NCBI GenBank assembly: GCA_051942205.1
Contig: JAVECO010000144.1
Span: 1 to 61,156, forward strand
Direction of reading: 5' to 3'
Length of the DNA: 61,156 nucleotides
Source: Coniocarpon cinnabarinum
Lineage: Eukaryota
Shown here: in pieces, positions 23,831 through 35,499 of the stretch
How the letters are laid out: each line of letters opens with the position of its first letter
Position numbering within the stretch: position 1 is the first letter of the stretch
Notes under the pieces: model-generated
What the model saw: only the letters and a program-made list of their open reading frames with translations
What the model was told of the DNA's origin: nothing
Database searches by the model: none
Program-made: the position numbers and the translations under genes

Positions 23831-26545
23831 CTGTCGCTTTCCACCAGCTGACAGCACGACATGATGACTTGATGATTGGAATTACGGAATTTTGGAATTT
23901 TGGAAACGACGACTCATGGACCAGCTACTTTATTCTCCTATTAATTTGTCACCTGCTACTATTTCTTGCACCCAACCTCTACGTTTGTTCACAACGTCTC
24001 GTGTGATCATATCAGCTCCGTACCAGCACCCAGCTACGCAACACCGACACGTCTACGCGATCTCCTACTATCACAGCTTCTCGACGGATCATGTCCGACA
24101 AGACCACATTCATCACATATATAAGCTCCCACGACCAGATGTCGTACGTTTGCCAAGATTGACCAAATCGTTCGCGAGAGATACCCCATTATTTTGAAAG
24201 GTGTGTCAGCGTGGGAGGATACTCATCAGGCACAAGGCCGATGTTCACGGACAAAGTCCGGAACTGACGAGAAGATCGTACCTACCTACTTAGAATACCT
24301 ACCTCCCACGGTTGATAGCTATTTAATAGACTTTTACTTGAACTTTCGCGTTTGCTCCTTTGAGACATATTTCATGCCATGTGTTCTGAACTCCTCGACG
24401 TGTTTTTCATGATTCCATGACGAATCGAGGAGGCTGTCAGCTCGCGGTGCCGAAGTTCCGGCCAACGCAACATGATGTTTAGTTCAAACGTCCCGCGGAA
24501 ATTATCCTTATTCCCTGATCATCAATCAGAAATATCCACTGCCCTTCCTTTATCTCCGGCCACGCCCAGTGGGTCACAGAATGACGCGTCACAGCGGTCA
24601 GGCTCCGCGCGCGCGCGCCCAGACGCTCTCATCTGTCTACTCACTTAGTGTCCTTCGGCAGTCGCCTAGCACAGCTGACACGTAGCTCTTGTGGTGCTCT
24701 GGAACAAGCAGCGCTCGCTAAGGAAGGTTAAAGCTGCGAGCCAGAACCTAACAGCTCCTTCTGGAAGGGAAGTGATCGTCGGTGCACAGCCACAGCGTTC
24801 GTTGCGCCGACAGGCCTGGAGCGTCATTCTGCATGAGCGTGTGCGTGTGGATGCGTGCGCTCGAGTGATAGTGGCGTCAGACCGCATTGCTCCGACGCCT
24901 TGCGCGCTCTATGCCGACGGTAAAAAGGAATCGGTCGGTGTCGTCCTCGAGGGATTGAGCAACGCAGGCCTAGACAAATGCTAATAGTCGAGTGGAGAAT
25001 CGTCCATCAGGGTGGGCGGCAAATCCCTGGGTCGGCGGCCGCGCGGCGCGTAACGGCTGCAGAAGCTTGATCGGGTGCCGAGGTGGTGGGTTTCTCTGCA
25101 TGTGGCGCAGGATGCGAGAACGAAAGGTGTGGCTGGGCTCTGCTGTGGCGTTGAGCGAGACTGTGGCGAGTGAGGGGTACTGTGGCGTCGAAAATCCAGC
25201 AGCCATCAACCTGCAGCGTTCTGGTGTAGCATCGGGGTGTTGAAGAAGAAGTTGGTATGTGGCTGGTGAGCACGTACTCGGAAAACTTCGGTGCCTGATC
25301 GAAAGGATGCCTGCCGAGGTCGGTGAGGGTTACAAGGTAGGGAGGTGGATTGTTGGGTGAAGGGATGGCTCACGGCGTTGGTGCCATTTTCAGATGGCTT
25401 CATCCTCCTTGCTCGTTGCTTGCGACAAGGGAATCGGCTCGAGTGCCGCTGGTGGCGCTGCTTGTTCGCGTGGGCATTCACTTGCAAGCTGATATGGAGT
25501 AGACACGGAATCATGCCGCAACATTCGATGATCGTACGCAGTATCACTGTGCTGAAGCATCCAGGTTTTGTCGAAAGAAATACACGGCACAGAAGAAGAC
25601 AGCGATGTAAAAATATTAGTGGATTGCCTCTCACCTAAGTCGACGTGGTCTCTGATCGTCTTATCCCCTGCAACAGCAGAAGCACAACATCATTTGCACA
25701 AAAAGCCAGAGCAATCTCCCCGCATTAGCAGGATCAAGCACTTTGAGCATTGATCAAAATCGCAGCATTGCTATTTGATCTTTAGCAAACTGCGAAGCTC
25801 AACTCTTACTTCCAAGAACACACACTGCTGAGTAAAATACAGTGAATCAAAGGCCGGCGGAACGTGAAGCCAAGTCCCCTCTTTTAACAACGCACAAGAA
25901 CGCTGTATTTGGCAGTCCTCGGCGGAAGGCATGTCCTCGCTTCTTCGACGCCTCTTCACTTTCCCTTTCCCTTCTCTCCTTTCTCTCATACACGTTGTTG
26001 GCCCATCGATGGCGTCAAGTGTAGTGCAGATTGCCTACCGTCAACACTTAGATGCATGCGCACTCAGATGTATCCGCACCCAGATACATCCCCCGGAAGA
26101 AGCACGGTGTGTATCAACGCTTCAGCACCTGCTGGATGATCACGCGTATGAAGCATACCATATGGTCATAGCATCAGTAAATAGACTACGATGAGACCAT
26201 TGCCGGCGCGTCCATTTGGGGTAGCACACAGGATAGGACTCTTGTTGTGTCCATGGCCCAATCTAAGCGTCGTAGACGCTCTCACGTCGAGTTTAAGGGT
26301 GCAATGAGTTATATCTTCCCAGTTTCTATGAGGATACATGAACGAGCTTACATGGACGAGCTTATAAATAATCTTTGCCACGGTGAATAGACGCAGACGA
26401 TAGCTAGTATAGACTCATCGAGAAATGTATCTCCATACGACTGTAGTGACAGGTCAGCGATGGATTTGTATATCTGAGTGAACGCGATTCAGAAGTATGA
26501 TGGGTAGAATCGACCTGGACGATCTAGATTGAATATGGTCCTGAT

Positions 26546-26601
26546 GATGGAGGATGGAGGATGGGGGATGGAGGATGGAGGATGGTAGATGGTAGATGGT
26601 A
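26546..26601. repeat. 7-bp simple tandem repeat (GATGGAG/GATGGTA) x8
   Basis: Five GATGG(A/G)G units followed by three GATGGTA units, read directly. Confidence 0.9.
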
Positions 26602-27357
26602 ATGAATTATGTAGACGATGTTTCATCATTGATACGACTTGATCAGCTTTAGAGTAGGACTTATCCTGGATGCGGTCGCTTTTAATCTGCTTGAGGTGCT
26701 ACTGTCATGAGACATTTGTATACAGTCGCAATGGAAGTGCACTCGTACCGCCTTCACTCCTCTCCGCGGACCGTGTACAGCCCACTTGCCCATCACCCAC
26801 GACATCCTCGAAATACATCCTCGACATGCAACCACATCAACTAACGCTCGCGCATGCCACCTGATCAAGCACACCACTCGCATTGTGCCCATTAGAATCC
26901 AACCGCATGCAATATCCGCATTCACCCTACTCTATGATATATCTCGCCGCTTCTGCGGCATGACTGCCTTGCTTCCCGAATCCCGTCATCCGGAACGCCT
27001 TGCTGAGCCGGGACTTCTCTACATCTGTACATGCGTTGAGGTATAATGCCGCCCTTTCATTGTTTTTTTGCACATCATTCACCTGACTTCTTGCGTTGTT
27101 GCTTCTCACTCTGCGGACCCAACGGTTTCGTGTGTGCTTGGTTGTCTTCTTCGCTTGCCCTCGATGTCTCTGGCCATCCCATTATCTTGACCACTCGTTC
27201 ATGCCCCCTTGACGCCTCCCTCCCTTGCGCGGTCCCTCACCCTGAGCCACCCACCCAGCATCTCACGATCCTATGCTCGTCCGTCTTCCCGTTCGCTGCA
27301 AAGAAACGACACGCGTGGCCTGCTCTTGCGCCATACCGCTCGCGACCTCATCTTCGG

Positions 27358-28718
27358 TCACGACATCTCCTTCGTCCGACTCAGGAACCACGCCTTCGCA
27401 AGCTCGTACGCACTCCAGCATATCGCCGTCGAAGGCATCGTCGTGATCATCCGCGGCCGGAGTCCCCGCAGAAACCCGCCCCATCCCTCTCTTTGCTTGA
27501 TGATCCTCGCGGCCGCCAGTAGTCCCCGCGCTTGTCGTATCTCCTGGTCCTGCACCGTGCCCCTCGTTTGTAACAAAGTCTTGATTACATCGAGTGGTGT
27601 GGTCACCGCGGCGGCGACACCCCCGGCTAAGCCGCCGGCGACGCAATGGGTCAATGGATCGTAGGTTTTGGAGGGGTTCATGACGCGGGAGAGGGACTCG
27701 TAGGCGGTGAATTGCGCGGCGGTGAAGGGGACGGTCATGGTGAGGGTGGTGGGGTAGGAGACGTAGAATGCGGAGAGGCCTTCGGTGCGGAGGACGTGGC
27801 GGGCGCTGTGGAGGAGGGTGGTGGAGGCGGTGTTGGCGAGTTGCATGCGTTGTTTGATGACTGGTACACAATGTCAGTTTGCGGTTTGCGTCAGTGGTTT
27901 ATGGGTTGTGTAGCAGAGTATGTTGTCAAGTCTGGGGGGTTTGTGATTGAGTGTTTGGTGTTGGATTGGGAAATGATGTACCGTCAAAGGGATTCATGAG
28001 CGCGTCGCTGGCGATGGTCGCGCAGGCGCCACTGGTAGCTGCAGCGAAGGGATGGTGCTCGCTGCCTTCGTTGCCGCCCAGAGATTGTTTGACGGCTTCG
28101 TAGGTTGCAAAGTAGACGGCGTGCGCCGGTCCTGCAAGCGTGTCAGAGCTTCTTCAGGATGCGTGTGTTTTCTTGCTTGTAGCTGCCTTCTTTCACGCTG
28201 GACGGGCACCTTTTTGTGCTGGGGCCTGGATTGTTTTATCAGGATATGGACTCCGCGTACCTGCTCCTACTATTACACTCGAGACGCCTTTCCATAATGT
28301 GCGGAAGCCTTCGAGGCGGCGGATTGTTGTTATCGCGTTGGAGACGCCTGTGTAAACGGCGCCTGGTGCTGGACTGACAACTTGCATGCGGGTCTAGCGT
28401 TGTAGACGTCAGCGTCTCGTATCTCTAACAGCTTGAAACGTAGTGGTCTTAGTCGTACCTTGAGCAGATCAATCGGGTACATAACTGAATGTTCCTTCGC
28501 TAGATTAGCCAGTATGCTCTTCTGTGCTTTTGACATTCCTAAATAACTCACTGCAATCCCTGCAAAGGCACCCGCCGCCATATTCGCGGCGAGCGAAAAA
28601 TTTTCAGGTAGGCTTTCATAGCTGTCTGACGGTCAGCCTTGCTCTTACAAATCCATTTGATGCACACGCACTCGAATTCAGTTTCTCCTTCAACCACCAC
28701 CCGTTCATGCGCGGCCAT
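27358..28718 (-). CDS. MRS3: Mitochondrial iron carrier (mitoferrin, Mrs3/Mrs4-like); 6 exons: 28718-28672, 28621-28552, 28494-28459, 28393-28261, 28131-27982, 27860-27358
   Basis: Spliced protein reads ...EFDYESLPENF...MAAGAFAGIAEHSVMYPIDLLKTRMQ...GAGPAHAVYFATYE...MNPFDVIKQRMQ...TTPLDVIKTLLQ; three carrier signature motifs. Confidence 0.92.
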
Positions 28719-29476
28719 CGACGCCGCCACGACGCTGACCAAGACTCAGGACAGGTCGGATTGCAGTCCAAAGCTTAAATCAGGATGTAATGATCCGACA
28801 ACACGAGACGACCGGGACACCGGCACCAAGTCGATAGAGCACAAGCGATGTCGGAGCTCGTGAGGTTCTCTCCAGCAATCTACAAGCCAAAGGCGACGCA
28901 AGGGCGTGGTATGGGCGGTGGTCAAGGCCAAGAGGCGCGAAAATGGAAGAGGAGGAGCTCGGTCGGTCCCATGTAGAGCAGAGCACAAAGCGTCATAGGA
29001 GCTGATCGACGTCGTTACAGTTCCTCGCCTTTGCCTATTTCGTCATGCCCAATGCTCGTCGCTTTGCTCTCGTTGTCCCAGCTAGGCATGGGTGCGTCTG
29101 CGACCTTGCGGGAGACCGTTGGAGAGTGCTTGGCGTCTTGTAGGCTTTCATGACCCTTATAGCTACGGTGAACATGCTTTTTCTCCGTAGGCAACGTCGC
29201 TCGTCTCGTCCGAGTCGTCCTGATCCGTCGTGTGTGAGATGCATAGCATTTTCAATCGGCCGAAGCAGTGCATTGCATCCAAGAAGAATGCGCCTCGGTT
29301 TATGATAGGTCTGCTGCCTGATCCGAAAGAATATCAAAGATTATCTGATCGTTACTGGCGTGCAGCATCGAGCTCCTACAGCGAACACCGTCCCTCACAA
29401 GATACGCAAATTTGGGCCATTTTCTATATATCTGTCAAGCACAGTCAGAAGCATGGCTGAGACGGCCTCAAATTGC

Positions 29477-31193
29477 TCAACAGTCGCAGCGCTTGTGCCA
29501 GCGTGGAAATGTCACCACGTCCCGCACGTTTTTGACACCAGCAAGATATGCCAATAACCGATCAAACCCTAAACCAAACCCTCCGTGCGGGGCGCTGCCG
29601 TATCTTCTGAGGTCGAGATACCAGTCCAAGCCGGACTTTGTGTCTCTTGTGCGTACCTTCGTTCCGCTTGCATCGAGCGTGTCTACGCTGCCGCCCTTGA
29701 GCAACCCCTTCTCACGCATACTGCTTTCAAGCACTTCCAGGCGATGCTCACGCATTGATCCACCAACTACCTCGCAGACATCTGGCATCAGCAGGTCGAA
29801 GCATGCAACCGTTTCGACAGGACCAAGTCGATCCTGCGGCCCCTGCGAAGGCGCCATGTAGAATGGCTTAATTGCTCTCGGATAGTCTGTGACGAATACT
29901 GGAGCACCTTGGCCGACGCGATCGGCCAGGTATCGCTCATGCTCAGTCTGCAAGCCAGAAGACACATCAACGTGGGATGCGAACGTGTTGCCTTTTGACT
30001 CTGCTTCCTGTAAGAGCTTCACAGCTTCGTGATAGGTAATCCGTGCCCATTGCTGTGGTTGACAGATCATCTTCCATCGATGTTGGATGTCGACCTTCTG
30101 AGGGTCGTCCACACTCCCTTCATTGGATTGACTGTGCCACATCCGAAGTTCCTGGACGACGTCCGAGCTTTGCAATCCTTGGGCGATCGCTCTGATGAGC
30201 TGCTCGACAGTGCCCATGACATCTTCGAGCTCTGTCACACAATATTCTTCAGCTTCTAGCATATAGAATTCACTTAGATGTCGGGCCGTTTCACTCTTCT
30301 CGGCTCTGAAAGTCGGCGACAATGTCCACACCTTGCCAACCGATTGCGCAAGAGCTTCAAGATGGAGCTGAGAAGAGACAGTGAGGTATTTTGGGGAGCC
30401 GAAGAACATGTCTTGTGATTGGCGCGAAGTGGAAGATCCTCTGCGCTGCTCATGTACCTCGAAAACCTCTCCAGCCCCTTCACAATCCGACGAAGTGATT
30501 ATCGGGGTGTGTGTCTGTACAAAGCCATTTTCATCGAAAGATCGAGTTATACTGGCAACAAGTGCAGATCGCAGTCGAAGCAGGAGCGCATTGTGAGGGA
30601 TTCGAGATCTCAGATGGGGTATTGTACGTAAGAACTCTGCGGTCTGGTACTTTCTTTGAACTGGATCGTGCTATTTTGGAATTTGTCAGCCCAATAATTT
30701 CTTTTCCGCTGAACTCGCGGTGCCGACCTCAACATCATTTTCGCCGAGTATTTCTACCCCAGTGACGCGGAGCTCAGCTGCTTGTTGAATTGGATTTCTA
30801 CTTCGTATCCATTGTCCACTTAGTTTGACAGCCGCACCGGTTGTCAAGCTAGAGCCTCTTCGTTAGCTTGTGTAAAGCTAGGCTGTTGGCCGAGTCACCA
30901 GACCTTTTTGCTTGTTTTGGATCAAGGACCGCCTGTAATGGTGTCAAGGATGAACCATCGTCAATAGCAGCAAAGGCTTTGTTTTTCTGCTTGCGGATCC
31001 ATCGAATGAAGCCGTTCAGCTCAATCTGATCCTCAGCGTCCGCACGAGGAGCAAACTTGAGCAGATCTGCAACTCGTGGATGCGATCTAGAAGACGTCGT
31101 TCCGTAGAAGGTACGGCAGCCGGAGCGTACCAAGAGCGATGACCGCGTGTGGCGTGGGTTTAGTAACTTCCACAGTGACGGCCATCTTCTCAT
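29477..31193 (-). CDS. SLM5: Mitochondrial asparaginyl-tRNA synthetase; exons 31193-30904, 30848-30728, 30670-29477
   Basis: Arg/Ser-rich presequence; OB-fold; TPIITSSDCEGAGEVF; YLTVSSQLHLE; motif 2 FRAEKS..RHLSEFYMLE; motif 3 HGGFGLGFDRLL. Confidence 0.93.
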
Positions 31194-31447
31194 GACGGTC
31201 GGAAGACATGGCGGAGAGTGCTGAACCCATTATCCATTCATATAACTATTGCACTGATACCATGCCGCCCCGCTCCTCTCCATACTTTAGTACGCTTCCG
31301 TGGGGGCTGTCATTAAACTCTAGACATATATTTGGCAGGGTGGGTGACAATAAATCTCGCGTATCTCGACGTATCATATGTGTAGTCATCACATCGAGCT
31401 CTGCAAACATCGCGGAGAGACTGTCGTAATCTGTGGTCGCTCAATGG
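31194..31447. promoter_or_regulatory. Compact divergent (probably bidirectional) promoter between two genes with mitochondrial-type N-termini
   Basis: Only ~254 bp between the two head-to-head ATGs (31193 minus, 31448 plus). Confidence 0.55.
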
Positions 31448-34400
31448 ATGCAGCGATGTCGTCGCCTTCGGCTACCTCGAGGGCATTTGGACGTCACCTA
31501 CTCGATTGCAGATGGACAGCAGCAACGCAACGCGCTCTCCGTAAGGCGCAGATTGGCAGGAACCAGCAACGCCGCCAACCAGCAGGATAAAAACTTCCCG
31601 CGTCAACACAGTTTGATTCGAAATTATAAGACGGACTCAAACACAACTGGAAGAGAAAGGAGACCATCAAGAAGGAAGCGAGATAGTCCATCATTGGCCC
31701 TTTTGTCGGCTCTGAGCTCTACCAGCCTATACACCGAGGACGATGTACCGAGAAGAGCCAAAATAGGCCTCTCTTACGGAAGTTCGAGGCATGCTCGCCA
31801 TGGTGCAAGGAAAGCGAAGAGGACTAAAGATAGAGTATCCTTCGCGTCCTCCACGTGGATCGACGTTGATAGATTGACAGTATCTGAGCTCAGGATTCAA
31901 CATGTGCTTGTGATATATGCTCATGCGCTCGAGAATTGGTCCCCACCGGCAGGTTTAGACAATCAACAGGCATCTTCTTATACTTATAGGGAACAAGAAG
32001 TACAGAAACTGCTCCAGAGCCATCGGGCAAGTCTATTTCTGACAAAGCACGGCTTCTGTTGGGAAGATGTCGGTCTTTGGCATTTCATCCTCACTACCGA
32101 CAACGACGGTTTGGCTGCGAAAGAGATGCTTGCAACAGAGCACTCGCATGCGTCCTCAGCACAGCATGCTGCTTGTCTGCCAAAAGCTATATTGCTCTTC
32201 TTCCTCCGCCGAAGGCGACTGTCAGCAGAAGCAATGCGGCATTCGCTCGAATATACGTCTTTGTTGATTGCACAACTCGACTCCGCTGGATGCTCCCCGA
32301 GGTCAAATGCTGACTGGTCATCGATGATGATTGCGATTGTGCGTCTGTTGCGACACGCACGCCAGTCTTTTCCAAAAGCGCTTGTCTCCACGACAGAGCT
32401 ATTTATGAAGCTTCCCATCCGGGGAACCGCGACACATCCTACGCGAAGACAGCTCAGTTCATGGAGAAAGTTAGCGAGGCGGTCTAGCTTTCTCTGCAAC
32501 CGAGTATTGAAGCTGCTGTCGTTGCCAACCAATGCGCATCCTTATCACGCCGTGGCACTCATGCAACAATCGCAGTTTGATCTAGTGCGTTTCATGGTGA
32601 CTCAAACACCCCCAGTCGCTGTTAATCGCGAAGGCTTCCGTGCAATTTCTCAGGTTCAGCTGGCGAATAAGAAAACTGAGCGTGAGATGGACTGGGCAAG
32701 TCTGAAAGCCAAGACATGGCCACCTTGGAAAGAGGATAAGCTGGGCTTTGATGCCGAGAAAGGTCCTGAGTACGGCGTGTCTCAAGCTCTTGAGGCTATT
32801 CACAAAGCTCGTGAAGCTGGCTATGGCTCCAAGTCGTGGGAACAAGTGGCTGCGGTCTTGGCTGGTTTTGACTCAGACAATTCTCCCACGATTCAAACCC
32901 GTGCCTATGTCTTGCATCAACAGATCAGTGGCAATAAGGAAGACAAGCAGGAAGCGTTCCTGATTCATCTATGGTACGCCCGCATCCGAGCGACGCGGAC
33001 GGTGCAAGAGGCGTGGGCTCGCTTTCTCGCTTATGAGGAAGAGATGCCGGCTAAGCAAACAAGCCACCAACTGGTATACTTAGCAATGTTTGAAAAGCTG
33101 CATTCCGCCTATCGCCTCGGGCAAGGCATTGCAAAGCAGACGCGCAAGTCGAGCTACGGTGGAGATGCAATTGAGGTCTTACCAATTCGGAAATCCCCTA
33201 AAGAACAGACTTATGTGCGAATGCAGCCTCCTTCAATGGACGAGCTCGCAGATCGAATGTATGCAGTTGGTATAGTTCCAGTCAGCCAGTGCCTCAACTT
33301 CCTTGTCGCAAATGCTCACACAGCCACTGACGGGCTGAAGTACCTCACTTGGGCAAGTCAACTCCTACCTCAACTCGAATCCCTTCTGTATCCATCCGAC
33401 AGCCTCGACTCGCGGTTGCAAGACGTGTCGCGAAAGACTTTTGAAGCTTATGTTCAGTTTCTTTGCAGGTATGACAATGCTGCGCGTCTACTCAAAGATC
33501 GCGCGCGGGCTCAAGAACGTCCCATCCCGAGAAACCTCAACCATCCGGCTGCACTCGTCGCATATCGGCTGTTGAGGTCGCGACCCAATAATACCCACTT
33601 GGCTTGGTACAGCGTTGCTCAACGAATGACAACCACGCGGTTGCCATACGAGCTGCATAGGATGACGTCGTCAAACCCCGACATTCTCGCACTCGAGCGA
33701 TGGAGCCTGGTCCAAAGCGTCATTCAGAATGCGACTACTTCAAACGAGGCCGGCCTGGATACGAAGCTGTTCCTTCTGCTGAACCAAGCAATCACGCCTG
33801 CAGTTCTTGCTGCGTACAAGATCCAGGCTCAGACTGGGTCACAAAGCGCCAAAACCAATGTGAAGTCCAAATCGGTGTCTGTGAAGACTTCCAGTCGGCT
33901 GGCCGAAACCCTCGTTGGAGAAAGCCACAAAAAGACCCAATCAGCTTTGTCAAAAGATGATGTTCGTCAGACGCCCGACGCGGGCGCTGTGACAGTAGCC
34001 GACCGTCTACTGAGAGACAGTCCGGTAATGTTACACAACAAGTTTGTCAGCATTTTCGGCGATATCGAAGGTCGCATCGATACAGATGATTCGTCTTCAA
34101 TTGCTTTTGGAGATGGTCGAACATCCAGGCGTCAAAACCTTCTCAGCATTCCCTTTCCTGCAGTTTTGCATGCTTACATGAGGTCTTTGGGTATGCTTAG
34201 AGACTGGAATGAAATGAAAAGATTTGTGGGCTGGCTTGTCGATTATCAACAGGATATCAATGAAGCTACTGAAATGACAGGAAATGGCTTTGAAATGCGA
34301 AGGAAAATGATTGTCGCTGCGCGCGTATTCTTGGAGCGAACCTGGCTGTTATACCAGCAGAGTGTCGGTAGAGCTCCGACAGCAAATGTGGATTCTGGAG

Positions 34401-34531
34401 CTCCAAGCGAAGTTATCGAGCAAATTAAAGCCTCGTTCGCCCACGTAGATGGATGGGGTGGATGGCCATGTGACAAAGAGGCTCACGAGTACTGCTTCGC
34501 AGCTTACGCTGGAGAATTTCCGCGCAAGTGA
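31448..34531 (+). CDS. Uncharacterised ~1027-aa helical protein, probably mitochondrial
   Basis: Long intronless ORF; Arg-rich, acid-poor N-terminus; globular-looking blocks such as KAKTWPPWKEDKLG, LAGFDSDNSPTIQTR, WYARIRATRTVQEAW. Confidence 0.8.
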   Translation: MQRCRRLRLPRGHLDVTYSIADGQQQRNALSVRRRLAGTSNAANQQDKNFPRQHSLIRNYKTDSNTTGRERRPSRRKRDSPSLALLSALSSTSLYTEDDVPRRAKIGLSYGSSRHARHGARKAKRTKDRVSFASSTWIDVDRLTVSELRIQHVLVIYAHALENWSPPAGLDNQQASSYTYREQEVQKLLQSHRASLFLTKHGFCWEDVGLWHFILTTDNDGLAAKEMLATEHSHASSAQHAACLPKAILLFFLRRRRLSAEAMRHSLEYTSLLIAQLDSAGCSPRSNADWSSMMIAIVRLLRHARQSFPKALVSTTELFMKLPIRGTATHPTRRQLSSWRKLARRSSFLCNRVLKLLSLPTNAHPYHAVALMQQSQFDLVRFMVTQTPPVAVNREGFRAISQVQLANKKTEREMDWASLKAKTWPPWKEDKLGFDAEKGPEYGVSQALEAIHKAREAGYGSKSWEQVAAVLAGFDSDNSPTIQTRAYVLHQQISGNKEDKQEAFLIHLWYARIRATRTVQEAWARFLAYEEEMPAKQTSHQLVYLAMFEKLHSAYRLGQGIAKQTRKSSYGGDAIEVLPIRKSPKEQTYVRMQPPSMDELADRMYAVGIVPVSQCLNFLVANAHTATDGLKYLTWASQLLPQLESLLYPSDSLDSRLQDVSRKTFEAYVQFLCRYDNAARLLKDRARAQERPIPRNLNHPAALVAYRLLRSRPNNTHLAWYSVAQRMTTTRLPYELHRMTSSNPDILALERWSLVQSVIQNATTSNEAGLDTKLFLLLNQAITPAVLAAYKIQAQTGSQSAKTNVKSKSVSVKTSSRLAETLVGESHKKTQSALSKDDVRQTPDAGAVTVADRLLRDSPVMLHNKFVSIFGDIEGRIDTDDSSSIAFGDGRTSRRQNLLSIPFPAVLHAYMRSLGMLRDWNEMKRFVGWLVDYQQDINEATEMTGNGFEMRRKMIVAARVFLERTWLLYQQSVGRAPTANVDSGAPSEVIEQIKASFAHVDGWGGWPCDKEAHEYCFAAYAGEFPRK

Positions 34532-35499
34532 TGAAATCTACAGAAATGCTCTGGGTACGTCCGCACTTGTTTGTAATTGTGATAGTACGGTGCTGAATCT
34601 GATAGATGGCTGGATGGAGGCGGTGGAAAATACTGGTGTGCGCGCCATAATCTTGATATCTGATATTTCTCAACTATCGCCTTATATCATGCCTGGATGA
34701 TACTGTTGGTATTGGACTCCTCATGGATCTTTCTAGAATTCTAGAAAGTGGCTGGTACGCTGACTTTCAAGAGGGTTGCGACGTTTATGTCCGGATTCAG
34801 GTTCGTAGCGGCTATGTGCAATATCGTTGTCGATCTCAAAGACTTGAGGTAAGCACCGCCAGAAAATCGTTTCATGATCCGCACCTGCACGCAAATCCTC
34901 GCATTGGCCAAGACGAACCTTCATCAACTTCGAACAGCAGCATAGTGAAAATGGCCCTTTTTCGGATGCAAGCCTGAGCGCGTTCGAGGCTGCAAAGCGA
35001 AATGCTTCATCCCGCTCGTTGACGATACCCGTGTTGTCAGAGAACATATTAATCTAAGGGCAAGCCCTTAGAGAACTATGGGCTGCCTTCTCGTCTCGGA
35101 GATTCTGCTGGCCTCAACCTTTCCCTCATGGTCTTTGCCAGTCAAAGCAAGCGAAGAAAATGACGCTCTTGGAGAAAGCACATGTATCCACGACTAGAAA
35201 GCTCAGCAGCTATTCAGGGCTTGATCAGTACCGTGTGAGGAGGAAGATGTTTTCACATCACCTCTGCGACAGCTCAGGAGCGCTAAGACTGAATGGGACC
35301 ATGAGCCACTTCAGGGAATACATGAAACACTCTTTTTCCGTTTATGGGACCAAACAAACGCGCTAGCGTACTCTGGCTGCTGTGCAGTCCCAGCCTGAAC
35401 AATTCTCAAACTCTATGCTGAAAGATGTTGCAACACCAATAGCAAGGACTGGCCAACAATACTTTTCCGAAAGCTAGGTTTCGTAGCCCAGCGGAAAGT

